In this document: one piece after another, positions 13,166 through 27,581 of the stretch | Position numbering within the stretch: position 1 is the first letter of the stretch | Layout of the letters: each line of letters starts with the position of its first letter | Assembly (NCBI RefSeq): GCF_006345805.1 | Contig: NC_042999.1 | Coordinates: 151,652,001-151,716,000 of the forward strand | Length of the DNA stretch: 64,000 bases | From: Octopus sinensis | Lineage: Eukaryota | Reading direction: 5' to 3' | Program-made: the position numbers and the translations under genes | The notes under the pieces: generated by a model | Database searches by the model: none | What the model saw: the letters and a program-made list of their open reading frames with translations, nothing else | Told to the model about the DNA's origin: nothing

Positions 13166-13329
13166 TACCATATTTTAATGTGTATAAGGAACCCTTTTTT
13201 GTCAAAACTTAGGTTAAAAAATATGGGAGTTTCTTATACACGGATAGTATTATAATCCCTTACAAAACCTTTTTTCTAAATTTTAAGTCCAAAAATTAGG
13301 GGGTTCCTCATACATGTTAAAATACGGTA
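13166..13329. mobile_element. Tc1/pogo-type MITE (TA-flanked)
   Basis: TACCATATTTTAATGTGTATAAGGAACCC and GGGTTCCTCATACATGTTAAAATACGGTA are imperfect inverted repeats. A second copy lies at 14283-14418. Confidence 0.75.
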
Positions 13330-13567
13330 TATGCAGGTTACACTGCAGCACACGTAGCATCGTCTAGTGGTACACCAGTGTGCCACAGAATACTAGTTGT
13401 GGAGCACCATTCTAGATGAGTAATTACTGTTTGTTTCTCAGCATGGATAAAACTTGGGAGCAGCAAATGATGCAGCAGCCTACTTCAGAATTTGAACCTG
13501 GGTAAGCAGTTGAAGAGGACAAAATATGTTTTGTTGTTGTTTTTTTTTTCTAATGAGGTTCACTTTC

Positions 13568-13598
<31 letters not shown>

Positions 13599-13654
13599 CT
13601 GTTTATGTGATTGAATGAAAAGATGTGTATATTGTATGTCTGTGTTAATATTTA

Positions 13655-13885
13655 TTTCTTTATTGCCCACAGGGAGATATGCATAGAGGGGACAAACAAG
13701 GACAGATAAAGGGATTAAGTCGATTACATTGACTCCAATGCATAACTGGTACTTATTTAATCAATCCCGAAAGGATGAAAGGCAAAGTTGACCTCAGCGG
13801 AATTTGAACTCAGAACATAACAGCAGATGAAATGCTGCTAAGCATTTTGCCCGGCGTGCTAACAATTCTGCCAGCACGCAGCCCT
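13655..13885 (-). mobile_element. tRNA-derived SINE (family B)
   Basis: Minus-strand head with a B-box-like GAGTTCAAATTCC and a body containing actggtactta...cccgaaaggatgaaaggcaaagt. Multiple copies in the window. Confidence 0.8.
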
Positions 13886-13914
13886 TGTCTGTGTTAATAT
13901 TGATGTGATGGTTT

Positions 13915-14130
13915 AAGGCAGCAAGTTGGCAGAATTATTAGAATGCTGGGTAAAATGATTAGCAGCGTTTCATCCATCTTTATGTTCTGAGTTCAAATTC
14001 TGCCGTGGTTCACTTTGCCTTTCATCCTTTCAGGGTCAGTAAAACAAATATCAGTTTAGCACTGGGGTCGATGTAATCAGCTTACCTGTTTCTCTTGAAA
14101 TTGCTGGCTTTGTGCCAAAATTTGAAACCA
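13915..14130 (+). mobile_element. tRNA-derived SINE (family B)
   Basis: ggcagcaagttggcagaatt...ctgagttcaaattctgcc head; lies head-to-head with 13655-13885. Confidence 0.75.
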
Positions 14131-14282
14131 GTATTGATGTGATTGGCTGTGTACTCCAACTGGTGTCCTACTTCAGCTTTTGTCAAAACCTCATAGTTAT
14201 GAGTAGGGCTCAACTGTACCATACTGACCCATTGCATGTTGACACAAACTGGTTGTCAATTTAATCAACATCAGTTTTTCAT

Positions 14283-14418
14283 TACCATATTTTAACGTGT
14301 ATAAAGAACCCCTAATTTTGGGGGCTTAAAATCTGGAAAAAAGGTTTTGTAAGGGATTATTATCTTATCCATGCATAAGAAACTCCCAAGGGTTCCTTAT
14401 ACACATTAAAATACAGTA
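14283..14418. mobile_element. Tc1/pogo-type MITE, second copy in opposite orientation
   Basis: Same TIRs, and the interior is reverse-complementary to 13166-13329. Confidence 0.75.
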
Positions 14419-14738
14419 GTACTTTAGTTTGTCAAGCCCAGATGGAAGAAGGCAAAGTTGACCTTGATTGAATTTGAAATGATAAAGAACTGGGACAAAC
14501 ACAGCAAGTGTCTGTCCAGTGCTCTAACAGTTCTGCCAATCTACTGACCTTTGATGTTACCAAATAGTATAGAGCTTAGCCCTTTTGTTATGATATATCT
14601 GTTGAAATACATTGCTGTTGTTTCTATTAATTTTGATGGTAATGAAGAATTTAGTAAAATAATTTAGCCAATATTAAGCTGGTGGTTTGAAATAAATCAT
14701 GATATTTTGATGCAAGGTTCAAATTTGGATTACTTTAA

Positions 14739-14942
14739 CCCTTTCGATACCAGCCCAGTAGAAACCGCCTCTGGACTATAATACAAATATCTTGTTTTCA
14801 TAAGTTCCACCAAACCTTAGTCATAATTTATGTTTCTAACACTAGCTTAACAATAGTTAAGTTATTTTACTAAATTCTTTGTTATATTTAAAATTAATTG
14901 AAAGAAACACAGCATCTCAAAATAAATACAGTAACAAAAGGG
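14739..14942. mobile_element. piggyBac-type MITE
   Basis: TTAA|CCCTTTCGATAC ... GTAACAAAAGGG|TTAA, giving a TTAA duplication and CCC/GGG ends. A reverse copy lies at 57137-57357. Confidence 0.8.
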
Positions 14943-15494
14943 TTAAGGCAGGAGGTGTGTATCATAGATCCACAAGCATTCTCAGGCAAGGTTGGTATCA
15001 TAGTGATATAATTGATGTCATTAGATCAGTATGGATGTGTATCTCCAATATAACAATTAATATTAACAAATAAGCTGAAAGCTTGGTACTAGTAGGGAAA
15101 TGATGTTGCAGTAATTTCAGTACTCAATTAGTCTACATAATTTTATCTTGCTGAAATGGATTCTTTGGATGGGATGGGGGAGAGGAACAAACACAAGGTA
15201 GAATAATTGAGGCGTAAACAAACACCAAATAATTAACACATGTACTTCAATGAAACAACAAGAGGAGCCTGTATGCAGTTGTTCAAGCTGCTAGAAATAC
15301 CAGCTAAATCTCCCTATCTCTATAATATTTTAAAAGAAGAAACAGCACATCTAGTAATGTGATTCTAGGTTCTTATCAGATTGAATGGTCACAGCTTGAG
15401 AATATGTTTGTTGGTTTGCTTGATCATGGATTTCCTAGCCTTAAATAACTAATTCAGTTTTCCTTTAAAATTTTTAGAAATATTTCATATTCTT

Positions 15495-15698
15495 TTACTT
15501 GTTGCAGTCATTTGACTGCAGCCATGCTGGAGCACCACCTTTAGTTGAACAAAATGACTTGAGGACTTATTCTTTGTAAGCCTAGTACTTATTCTATTGG
15601 TCTCTTTTGCTGAACTGCTAAGTTATGGGGATATAAACACAGTTGTCAAGTGGGGTGGGGGGTAACAAACACAGACACACAAATACATACATACATGC

Positions 15699-15738
<40 letters not shown>

Positions 15739-15930
15739 ATATATGTATATATATATATATTATATATATACACATATGACAGGCTTCTTTTAGTTTCTGA
15801 CTATCAAGTTCACTTACAAGGCTTTGGTTGGCAACGGCTATAGTTGAAGACACTTGCTGAAGGTGCCATGCAATGGGACTGAACCTGGATCCATGTGCCT
15901 GGGAAGCAAGCTTCTTACCACACAGTCACT
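15495..15930 (-). mobile_element. tRNA-headed SINE with central microsatellite (family A)
   Basis: Reverse complement of the element at 19262-19684. Confidence 0.85.
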
Positions 15931-16484
15931 CCTGTGCCTATATGTACCATTTTATGAAAACTACTCACCCCACTTCACATTTCATTACTATCTTCTCATT
16001 CATTCTCATTCTTTTTTCACTCATACCCCTATGAGTGTTTTTTTTTTCTTTTTCACTTGTTGAGCCTAGAGGAAGGGGTACTGCCAATGACCTCAACAGG
16101 CCCCTCTGAAACTGGTATACTTAATGCTATTAATGTTCTTTTTGCAAGTCAGCTTTTGTAAGAAAAGCCATTAGTTGGGAGAAGATTCCAGATGATTAAT
16201 GCACTGGGGAAGAAGGACTGGACATTAGTGTGGGGCCAAGATTTGTTTGATGCTCCAACAGTGATAATGAGGTTGAAAAGTGAATGAGACAGGGAATGGC
16301 TTGCCTGAGTGGTGAGGTTGTTAGCCCAGTGAGCCCTGAAGAACAGAGACCATTATAGTAGTAATAGAAAAGGCAGAGAGAAAAGACATCATGTGAATGA
16401 GCATGTCTGTTTGTGATGGAATACATATTACTTCGGTGGCTCTTCTTTAGATGTGGTCCAAGATGTGGTCTGTCGTTACCAGAG

Positions 16485-16830
16485 CTGCTTGGCTGGCTCC
16501 CTGTGCCAGTGGCATATAAAAAGCACTATCCGAACATGGTCAATGCCAGCCTCCCCGCCCTAACTGGCTCCTGTGTTGGTAGCATGTAAAAAGCACCATC
16601 CGAATGTGACCCATGCCAGTGCTGCCTGACTGGCTCTCATGCCGGTGGCACGTAAAAAGCACCCACTACACTCTTGGAGTAGTTGGTGTTAGGAAGGGCA
16701 TCCAGCTGTAGAAACACTGCTAGATCAGATTGGAGCCTGGTGTGGCCTCCTGGCTTGCAGTCCCCAGTCAAACCGTCCAACCCATGCCAGCATGGAAAAC
16801 GGACATTAAACAATGATGATGATGATGATT
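16485..16830 (+). mobile_element. RTE-tail retrocopy
   Basis: Three gtggcacgtaaaaagcac modules, the conserved 3' module and a (GAT)n tail. Confidence 0.85.
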
Positions 16831-17189
16831 TATATGATCAGATATATAATTTTGAAATGTTCATGGTGTCATTATGAAGACCTAATCAAAAACTTTGCAA
16901 TTAAAAAATGTAGGACAAAGCTTTTCAAATATAAATAAAGTGGAAATATACTAAAATAAACATTCTTTTTCCCTCTTACAGTTTTGTTTCATTTTTAAAA
17001 ATAAAAAATTATTTTATGGTTTGTTATTGTTTATATTTTGAATTACTTATATTTGGGAGCACCAAAATCTTTTAAATGCTTAGGGCCTCTATGGGTCTTA
17101 ATCCAGCCCTGGTCCAGCATTTGAATAAACTGTACAGGCTCTGATTGCCATTCATATTTAGCGAGAATGTGGTAGAGTGGTGTTTTTTT

Positions 17190-17520
17190 TTATATGAGAT
17201 TTTTGCTGTTAAAATAAAACAAGGTTGGCATGGCCCCAGCGAAGGAGTCTCTTGAGGCCTTTATTTGTGGAATCAGAACAGGTTTGGCATGTTTTGGCTA
17301 CATTTAGATGACGCATAGTTGTGAAAAGTTTGGGAGGAATGAAGAGTTATGTCATCTGCATAACAGTAGGTATTGTTGGAAGGAAGCAGCAAGTAGGTTA
17401 TTGCTGTTGAGAAGGAAGAGAGTGGAAGACAAAACTAAACCTTGGTGGGAAACAGGGTAAATTGAGAGTAGGGCAGAAAACTCCATTGGCTCATGTTGTA
17501 ATAGTGAAAGCAAGGAAGAA
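17190..17520 (-). pseudogene. Decayed CR1/L2-group reverse transcriptase fragment
   Basis: Minus-strand QGLVLSSTLFLL, then YADD (tatgcagatgac) in a shifted frame, then LKRLLRWGHANLV. Confidence 0.6.
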
Positions 17521-17639
17521 TATGTTGATGTTTGTGTTAATGTGCGCTTGTGTGTGTGTGTGTGTGTGTTCATTTGTTTACACATTTGTTTTATGTTTGT
17601 TTTTCCTTGCTCGCATAGGTTGGGTGAATACACCACCAT

Positions 17640-17918
17640 CATCATTTTCATCTTTTAACGTCTTTTTTCCATGCTGGCATGGGTTGGATGGTTTGACTGA
17701 GGTCTGGATAGCCAGTGGCTGCACCAGGTTCCAATCTGATTTGGCAATGTTTCTACAGCTGGATGCCCTTCCTGATGCCAATGATTCCGAGAGTGTAGTG
17801 TGTGCTTTTTATGTGCCACTGGCACAGGAACCAGTCAGGCAGGCCTGGCATTGATCACATTCGGATAGTGCTTTTTACGTGTCACTGGCACAGGAGCCTG
17901 CCAGGGGGCACTGGCATT
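17640..17918 (-). mobile_element. RTE-tail retrocopy
   Basis: Reverse complement of the conserved RTE 3' module with an (ATC)n tail. Confidence 0.85.
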
Positions 17919-18643
17919 TATATATATTAACATTATATGTATGTGTTCTTTAGATGGTTCATAAATTTACATATGTGTGTGTGTATGTATATGTATATGC
18001 ACACATAGACACACACACAGACATAGGTTTGAGTACATATTGATATATGCATGTGTACTTATATATGCACACACACAAACCCATATACATGTGCGTGTGT
18101 GTGAGGAGAGAGAGAGAGAGGCTTAAGTATCCTTATGTCAGGAATATCATGAACATCAGTATAAATTGCAAAACTGTTTCTATTTGGGAGGGAGGACACT
18201 TAATTCTTGCAACTTCCACTGGTAGTTGGTAATTACAATTACCTCCCGCCGTTGCCGATTATCTAAAAATCGTTCAATTTCTCATGCTCTAACGATCAAT
18301 TAGATTATGTGCATTTGTGCATGTCAGTTAATATATTGCTGTTGTTGCTACTGGTGCTGTTGTCTTTCATATTGCACGTGATTCATAACAAATTGCTTTG
18401 ATCCAGTCGGCACGTGTATGTTTATTGATCGGTTGTGTTTATGTAACGAACCATGCACCCACGTACTGTGTCTGTGTGTGTTTGGGTATGTACGTACGTG
18501 TCTATGTGCGTGTATACATAAATAAACCCCTGGGTGTGTGAACATGCATGTATGTTATTTTGGGTTTGTCTCTTTCTTTTGCACGTACACGCATACACAC
18601 TCATATATGTGCTTGTGTGTGTGTGTATGTGTGTGTGCGTGTG

Positions 18644-18676
<33 letters not shown>

Positions 18677-19261
18677 TTATATATATATTATTTTGATGGC
18701 TTCAACCTATGGGCTGTGACCATACAACACTGCTGCCACATACATACATACATACATACATACATACATTCATATATACATACATACACACACACACACA
18801 CAGGCACACTTACATAATGCATACACACACACATAAATACACATGCACACACTCAGACATACATACATACATACATACGCGCGCACACACACACACGCAT
18901 GTACCATAATGAAAAATGGAGAATTATATATCTTCAAAATTTATTTATTGAAGTATTTTCTATCATATTGAAGAAAAAGCTTTAATAAATAAATTTTCAA
19001 AATATATCATTCTCCATTCTTCATTTTGATATCTTGATTATACACCCTGTATGCCACATGAAATCCAATGAAACGAACTCAAGATTTATTTATCGAGGAT
19101 TTATCAATATTAATTGTTTACCTTAATCGATTCTGAATGTTCCCATATAATTTGATGTTGTTAGCAAGATCTTCATTATATAGTAGTGCTCCTAAGATAC
19201 ATGCTCAAATTTCAAATCCCTATTCATTTATTGTACATATATCATCATATATATATATATA

Positions 19262-19684
19262 GGCGCAGGAGTGGCTGTGTGGTAAGTAGCTTGCTTACCA
19301 ACCACATGGTTCCGGGTTCAGTCCCACTGCATGGCACTTGGGCAAGTGTCTTCTACTATAACCTTGGGCCGATCAAAGCCTTGTGAGTGGATTTGGTAGA
19401 AGGAAACTGAAAGAAGCCTGTCGTATATTTGTATATATATGTGTGGGTGTGTGTGTGTGTGTATGTTTGTGTGTTTGTGTTTGTCCTCCCAACATCACTT
19501 GACAACCGATGCTGGTGTGTTTACGTCCCCGTAACTTAGCGGTTCGACAAATGGACCTGATAGAATAAGTACTAGGTTTACAAAGAATAAGTCCTGGGGT
19601 CAATTTGCCCGACTAAAAGCAGTGCTCCAGTATGGCCACAGTCAAATGACTGAAACAAGTAAAAGAGTAAAGAGAGTAAAAGAG
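19262..19684 (+). mobile_element. tRNA-headed SINE with central microsatellite (family A), full length
   Basis: Head GGCGCAGGAGTGGCTGTGTGGTAAG...GGTTCAGTCCC with A/B-box-like motifs, a CORE-like ttgggcaagtgtctt, a central TA/TG run, and a 3' ...gactgaaacaagtaaaagag repeat tail. Confidence 0.88.
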
Positions 19685-19729
19685 TATATATATTATCCGA
19701 AGTGTACAGTATTATATATCCATTATATA

Positions 19730-19948
19730 TTTCTTTACTGCCCACAAGGGGCTAAACATAGAGGGGACAAACAAGGACAGACAAAGGAATTAAGTTGATT
19801 ACATTAAACCCCAGTGCGTAACTGGTACTTAATTTATCGACCCCGAAAGGATGAAAGACAAAGTCGACCTCGGCGGAATTTGAACTCAGAACGTAACGAC
19901 AGATGAAATACCGCTAAGCATTTCGCCCAGCGCGCTAACGCTTCTGCC
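19730..19948 (-). mobile_element. tRNA-derived SINE (family B)
   Basis: Close match to 13655-13885 with more CpGs retained. Confidence 0.85.
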
Positions 19949-20542
19949 ATCCATTATAGCCGATCTTACCAATCAGTTTTGCAAAAAGTAAAAAAGTATG
20001 CAAATTCAAAATGTAGGCTTTTTTTCAATGTTCATTTGAATAGAACAATAGGTGCCGCGCCATGGCCACATCCACTGAATGTTAAAGAATCTGTTAAAGA
20101 ATCTTAACACGGATTTCTCATTTCATAAATAGATATATCTTATGATTTACTACCAACAACAGATTCTATATTCATTATGTTTACCTTGATAATTAAGATG
20201 GATATTCAATCATTGGGATGAGTACGTCATAATATATAATTTTTATCTAACCGTATGCTACCATTAACTTTCAAACGTTGTTGATATCTAAATACCTTCT
20301 AAGTCTCTTCTTTAGTTGTTTTTCTGGTTTTGAGTATGTGTATGTGTGTGACTGTGTGTGTGTATAAATATATATATATATATTATATATTATAAATATC
20401 TATATCATATATATTTTCATCATCATCATCATCATCATTTAATGTTCATTAATAATATGTGTGTGTACATATGTATATATATATGTATATATATACATAT
20501 GTATATATATATATGTATATGTGTGTGTGTATATATATAGAG

Positions 20543-20584
<42 letters not shown>

Positions 20585-20940
20585 ATTGTTTGTGTGTATG
20601 TATATATCTATAAATTAATCAAAGGCCCTGTGGTAGTGCAGAGGAATCATGAGCTCAAAATACGTTCAGCAGACTTTGAGACTGATGGCTTGACCAATTG
20701 GTGCTGCAAGATGTGTGGTGTAGCCCTGACTACTCACTCATTGGACAACTAAACTGAGCCACTGCCTAACAGGTATGACAGTAGCAAACGTCTCATGGCA
20801 ATGAAAAATACTCGGACCCAATTGCACTGAAACTCCATAACCTCACAATGTATACACTGATTAATCTAGCTAGATAAGGTTGTTTGATTTCATACATATC
20901 ATATATACATAAGTATATATATATATATATATATGTGTGC

Positions 20941-20983
<43 letters not shown>

Positions 20984-20987
20984 ATAT

Positions 20988-23465
20988 ACTTTGATACTTT
21001 GATAGGTTTCGCGGCCATTATTGGCCCAGGCCATGTCTAACTTAATAGCACCACCTGGTGAAGTCTTTCAAGTCAGAATTTGGGCACTATGGCCCACTCA
21101 AGTAGAGAGTTATTGTTTACAGAGACATATCCGGGTGTAGGGGGTTTATCCGGGATTTCTTGAAGGAATCTGTCCAAAGACTTCTTGAACCCTATAGGGT
21201 CTGTTTCTGTTTTTAATGTGTTTTTGGTGTAATGTAAAGAGAGCGGGGCCAATTGAGGTGAAATAATTGTGCCGTATTGTTGTTATGAGATGAGAGTGCG
21301 ATTTTTGTTTTGGGCGGATGGCACGGGGCCCAGCCTTGGATGTACCTTAAAGGTGATGCCAACATCATTTGGGCAATGCTGATGGAATATTTCCACATAA
21401 TGCAGATGATGTAGCGCTCACGACGACGTTGGAGAGAATAGAGTTTTAGCTTTTCTAGTCGACCCCAATAGTCGAGGCCTGTCATGCCATCTATCTTTTT
21501 TGATTGCCCTTTGAGGTGCTTCAACTTTTATGATACCTTGTATTGTGTGGGGAGACCACAGTGGACAACAGTATTCAAGGTGGGGTCGGGCAAAAGTGGA
21601 GAAGAGAAGGATAATGGTGTGGATATCTCTCGACTGGAAAGTTCTGAGAATCCAGGAAACATTCTGCGGGCCATGTCAACTTTGGTGTTTATATGAGTGC
21701 CCAGCTTATGTTGTTGTCCACAATTACTCCCAAGTCTCTGATGTTGTTGGACGCCGCGAGAGTTTCACCTGAAGGAAGGGAGTATGGGAGTTTCAGGGCA
21801 TCCTCTTTTCCAAGTGGATTAGCTCAAATTTATCCTCGTTCAGCAGCATATTGTTTTTTTCTGCCCATTGGATAACAGCCAGTAGATCTGACTGAAGGCA
21901 TGTCCGGTCACTCGCCTCATTTATGACCTTCTGTAGCTTGGAGTCATCTGCAAAGATTTTTATGTTGCTGTGCTTGATGATGTCATTAATGTCATTAATG
22001 TAAATGATGAAAAGAAGTGGGCCCAGCACAGTGCCTTGCGGAACGCCACTACTGACTTTGGCTGGGCTTGATTTTACCCCTTCAACTACAACATGTTGAG
22101 ATCTGTCTGTCAGGAAACACTTGATCCATTTCAGTAACTTTCCAGAGACACCAATGTTGGATAGTTTTTTTCAATAGGATCTTGTGATCGACCCTGTCGA
22201 AGGCCTTACTGAAATCAAGGTAGATGACATCGGTGTTGGAGCCCTCTCCCAAAGCTCTCAAAATGTCCTCAAAGTGATGCAGGAGCTGCGTTAGGCAGTC
22301 CCTTCCATTACGGAACCCATGTTGGTTGGAGATCAGCCGTCTGTTGCTTTCCAGAAATTGAGTTATTCGAGATCTCACCACCCTCTCAATACCTTGATGA
22401 TATGAGAGGTGAGTGAGATCGGACGGTAATTCACTGCAAGGGACTTGTTTCCCTTTTTGAAAACTGGGACAACAGACTGGAACAAGGTTTTTTTGGAATA
22501 TAGCCAGCATCCAGTGAGTTTCTCCACAGATTAGCAAGGGGAGATGCAAGTTGGTGTCGACACACCTTCAGGACACAAGTAGGGAACCTATCGGGGCCTA
22601 CTGCTGAATTGTGTTTTATTTCGTTTATCGCTGCTAAGACATCAGGGGCACTAAACGTATGTCCGATATAGTATGTTGGGGGTTGACATCACTGATACAG
22701 CCCAGATCGCCATATCAGGATTGCTGAAAACAGAGCAGTATTGTTTCTGCAGTATCTCGGCCATGGATTTGGCATTATCTTGGAGAGTGCCAGTTTCGTC
22801 AATTAGAGGGCCTACAGTGGAGACAGTGACCCTGCGTTTTCCTCGCAAATGAAAAGAACACTTTGGGGTTGAGTTTGATTTTTTCAATGGCCCACTTCTC
22901 CTCAGCTGATCTTTGGTTATTGATGAGGGTCTTCATGCATTGTTGGAGGTTATATTTTTTGGATTCAAGCAGTGCGATAGCCGTCGAATGTGTTGTTTGC
23001 TGTTGGCAGTACTTTAGTTTGTTAATTTTTTTGTTTGTCTTTTTATTTTTCTGATAATGGTTTTTCTTTTTTGGGTGATTCTGCACTTTTTGTTCACAGG
23101 TCTTGGTGGGGAGTGTTTTGCACATATGTCTGTGACGGTGTCTACAAAGATCTGCAAGATGTTTTATGGTTGGTGGAGATGTGTGTATGTGTAAAGGACC
23201 AGTCAACATGTGATAGCTCGTTCCTGATTGCATCCCAGTTGGCATTATGGAGATCATGTTGTCAAATGGGTGGGCTGGAGGAAGGTCACTAGGATTAGCT
23301 TTCGGCTGGTGGAATTTCATGTTACAGAGAACCATGTCATGGTCTGAAAGAAGGGTTTTTTCCACTGTAACGTTATGTATAGTGTTAGTGTGGTTACTAA
23401 ACACTAGGTCCAAAATGTTCTGATGTCTTGTTGGTGCAAGGACAAGTTGGGCACAAAAAAACTCA
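20988..23465 (-). mobile_element. CR1-clade LINE, 5'-truncated, frameshifted
   Basis: Minus-strand fragments: PTRHQNILDLVFSN and LSDHDMV (EN C-terminus), NQHGFRNGR, YLDFSKAFDRVDH, LGPLLFIIYINDI, IFADDSKL, YWGRLEKLKLYSLQRRRERY. The 3' end is an (ATCAAAGT)2 octamer repeat. Confidence 0.92.
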
Positions 23466-23632
23466 TATTATATATATATATATATAGATAGATCATACAT
23501 ACATACATGTATACATATATATATATAATATCATATATATATATATATAAAATATATATATATATATAATGTATATGTATATGTATATATATATATATGT
23601 ATATGTATATATATTATTTATATATGTTATGT

Positions 23633-23667
<35 letters not shown>

Positions 23668-23922
23668 TATATTTAATATATGTATATGTATATATATATA
23701 TGTATAATGATATATAGTATATATTGTATATGTATATATATATATATATATATTATATGTATATATATATAATATATATATGTATATAGTATATATGTAT
23801 ATATATAATATATATGTATATGTATATATATTATATATATATATGTATATATTATATATGTATATATATATAATAGTATATATGTATATATATATATATA
23901 TATATGTATAGTATATATATAA

Positions 23923-23965
<43 letters not shown>

Positions 23966-23991
23966 TATATATATATATATATATGTATATA

Positions 23992-24024
<33 letters not shown>

Positions 24025-24115
24025 TTATATATATATATATATTATATAATATTATATACATATAATATATATATATATATATATAATATATGTATATATA
24101 TTATATGTATGTATG
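23466..24115. repeat. Long degenerate (TA)n/(TATG)n tract
   Basis: Read directly from the sequence. Confidence 0.95.
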
Positions 24116-25133
24116 ATATCAAACACACCTTATCTAGCTAGATTAATCGGTGTGTATGTTGCTGCAACCAAAGAGAGTAAAAGGTTTCATTTATCTTTCT
24201 AATTCAATTAAATACAGATTAATTACATATATCAAATATTTTAGAAATACAGAATACCTGAATCGATTGTCGTATACATATAAACATTTTCCTTCCTGCT
24301 ATAAGAGGTTTGCATGACAAAATCGGACACAACCACTTCATAAGATGCTCGGAGACATTATCATGTTGGATGCCCCTGTTGATTCTGATCTATGAGGGAC
24401 CGAAATCCATTTTCACCTCTTTCTCTCTCTCTATTTTTATAGTTATGATGTCTGTATCACTAACAAGACTTAAATCCAAATCTGACCAAGGATTTATAAA
24501 TATTTTTGCAATTTGGACACAGCAGAACATTATTAAAGAACATCGATGGTACATTAGGCTGAGACTTTGCCTTTGCTCTCAGTTCTTTAAGGTGGTCCCG
24601 ATGGATCGTTATATATGTATGTGGTGTGTGTATGTGCGCACGTCTGTGTGTTTGTGTGTATGTGCATGTATACATATGTACATGCATATCATCATCATCA
24701 TCGTCATCATTTAACATCCGCCTTTATATACATATTTATATGTGTGTGTGTGTATGTATGTATTTTATTTGTTTGTTATCAAGGCTACCATTGGTTTCAT
24801 GTCATGAATTTTCAGCAATTATCAAGCTTGCCATGTGGGACATTGGTACTTGTTTCCATCATACATATTATCTATATATACAAATGTGTGTGTGTGTGTG
24901 TTTGTGTGTGTGCGTTTGTGTGTGTGTGTGTTTATGTATATACATAAACAAAAAGCGAAACAACAATTAGAAGGACAGGCAATAAAAGATGGGTCATTCT
25001 TGGCTTTCTTTCATCAGTCAAGTCCCAGAAGTCACGACTATTTCAGGCAGTTACACTTGAGATGGTTCGATCTGGTTGACCCCCCCAAAAAGTCTAAGCT
25101 AAGAGCATTAGATCCCTTTGTAAGAAAGCTAGC

Positions 25134-25134
<1 letters not shown>

Positions 25135-25187
<53 letters not shown>

Positions 25188-25419
25188 CTATATACATATA
25201 TATATGTATGTATGTGAATGCATATATATATAGATACATATATATATGTATGTATGTATGCATGATATATATATATACATATATATATATAGGTATGTAT
25301 GCATATATATATATATATATATAATATATATATATATATAGATATATACATTATAATGTATGTATGTATGCTATATATATATATATATATATATACATAT
25401 ATATATGTATGTATGTATG

Positions 25420-25454
<35 letters not shown>

Positions 25455-25482
25455 TATATACATATATATATGTATGTATGTA

Positions 25483-25520
<38 letters not shown>

Positions 25521-25640
25521 CATATATATATGTATGTAGTATGCATATATATATATATATATACATATATATATGTATGTATGTATGCATGTATATATAA
25601 TATATATTATATATATATATATATATGTGTGTTGTGTATG
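25135..25640. repeat. Degenerate (TA)n/(TATG)n tract
   Basis: Read directly from the sequence. Confidence 0.95.
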
Positions 25641-26588
25641 TATGTGTAATATATTCTATTATATAAAAAGAAGAGAGAACATAATGACCCAACATTAGGC
25701 ACCAGGAATTGTTGTCATAGTTCCATTGACATAATTTTCAGACGTTTTTCATTGCCAATGCCTGTGTATTTCTTTCAAATTATTTATTGGTGTAGTAGCT
25801 GGCCCCCTGTCTTTCTTTTCTTTCTTGTTTTTGTTTTTCAAATTCTTTTACTAACAAACATAAGCACTCACTCTCACTGATAGAGCTTAACAGAAACCTA
25901 TTAACAAAGGAAAATGTATTTAATGCTCTTCCTTTTAGGGAAACCGAGGACGGTAGATAGACTCACACATCATGCGTGTATGCATACTTGCACACTTACA
26001 CACACACACACACACACATACAGCTGTGTATGTGTGACTGTGAATGTGTGAGTGTGAATGTGTGTCTGAGTGTGTGTGTGTATATGTGTGTGTTCAATGA
26101 GAAAGAAAAAGAACAATAGACACATAGAGGTGTACAGTTACATATATATATATTTATGTATCATTGGAGGTATGTAGACAGATTGATAAATGAATAGAAA
26201 TGCATACACAGGCACGTACATGTGCAGTCACACATACACACACAAACCTGGTAGGATAGGACAAGAGTTATAAATAGATAGATATATAAATAATTATATT
26301 GTTATAAGACTAGGTAGATATATAAAATGTATGAATGTATGCATAAGTATGTATATGTATATATGTGTGTGTGTCTATGTATATGTATATATATATATAC
26401 ACACACACACACACAGATAATATTTTCTTTTATGTATAGATATATATATGTACTTATGTATGTATGTGTGTATGTATATATATATGTGTGTGTATGTATA
26501 CGTATGTATATATATGTATGTATATATATATGTGTGTGTATGTATACGTATGTATATATATATGTATGTATATATGTATGTGTGTGTG

Positions 26589-26619
<31 letters not shown>

Positions 26620-26775
26620 CTATATATCTATAAATATATATATATATGTATGTATATGTATCTATCTATCTATTTATCTATATATATGCTTGTGTATCTA
26701 TGTATGTATATATATATATGTGTGTATGTGTGCATGTGTAAGTATGTATATACACACACACACATATGTATGTAA

Positions 26776-26806
<31 letters not shown>

Positions 26807-27144
26807 TATGTATGTGTGGTGTGTGTGTGTGTGTGTGCGCATGTGTATGTGTGTGTGTGGGTGTGTATAGACACACAGATAAATAGACTGATAGATAGAT
26901 AGATAGATGCAGACTGTTGTAATAGAAATCAATAAAATCAGGACAAAACCTCAAAAACAATCAGTTTTTATTCTCTCCTTCAATCACTGATATTTTTTTT
27001 TATATTAGGGTAGGGCGTGGGGGGTGATATCTATTTTGTACTTTGATTTTGTTCCTGGCTACTTTTCGTTGTTCCGTGCCAGCATCTTTGTGTGTGTGTG
27101 TGGTGTGTGTGTGTGTGTGTGTGTGCGTGTGCGTGTGTGCGCGT

Positions 27145-27177
<33 letters not shown>

Positions 27178-27546
27178 TTGTGTACACACATACACACACA
27201 CACACATTTATATATACTTATGAGTGCATCTATGTAGTACGTGCACATGAATGTATGTGTTTGCGTGTGCATGTGTGTATATATATTCGAGTGTGTGTGA
27301 ATGTGTGTGTGTGTGTAAAATTATTCCAAAGAGTGAGAGAGAGAAAGAGTGAGGGGGGGGGGATTCAGATTCTCCAAGTCTTCAATAAATAAATCTAAAC
27401 TACAAAAAGAGAATCAAAAGTCTTCTTGCTTTTTATATTTCCCTATTTTTTAATGTTATTCTTGTGTTCTAATTTCTACCATCACCACCACCTCCTCTAC
27501 TACTACTACTACCAAACCACCACCACTGCCACTGCCGCTGCTGTTG

Positions 27547-27581
<35 letters not shown>

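Noticed and set aside
19262-19340. SINE heads as functional tRNA genes
   Set aside because: They have A/B-box-like motifs but no complete cloverleaf and run into SINE bodies.
24460-24610. Minus-strand peptide RDHLKELRAKAK...CPNCKNIYK as an exon
   Set aside because: No acceptor site upstream, it starts in microsatellite, and there is no recognisable homology.
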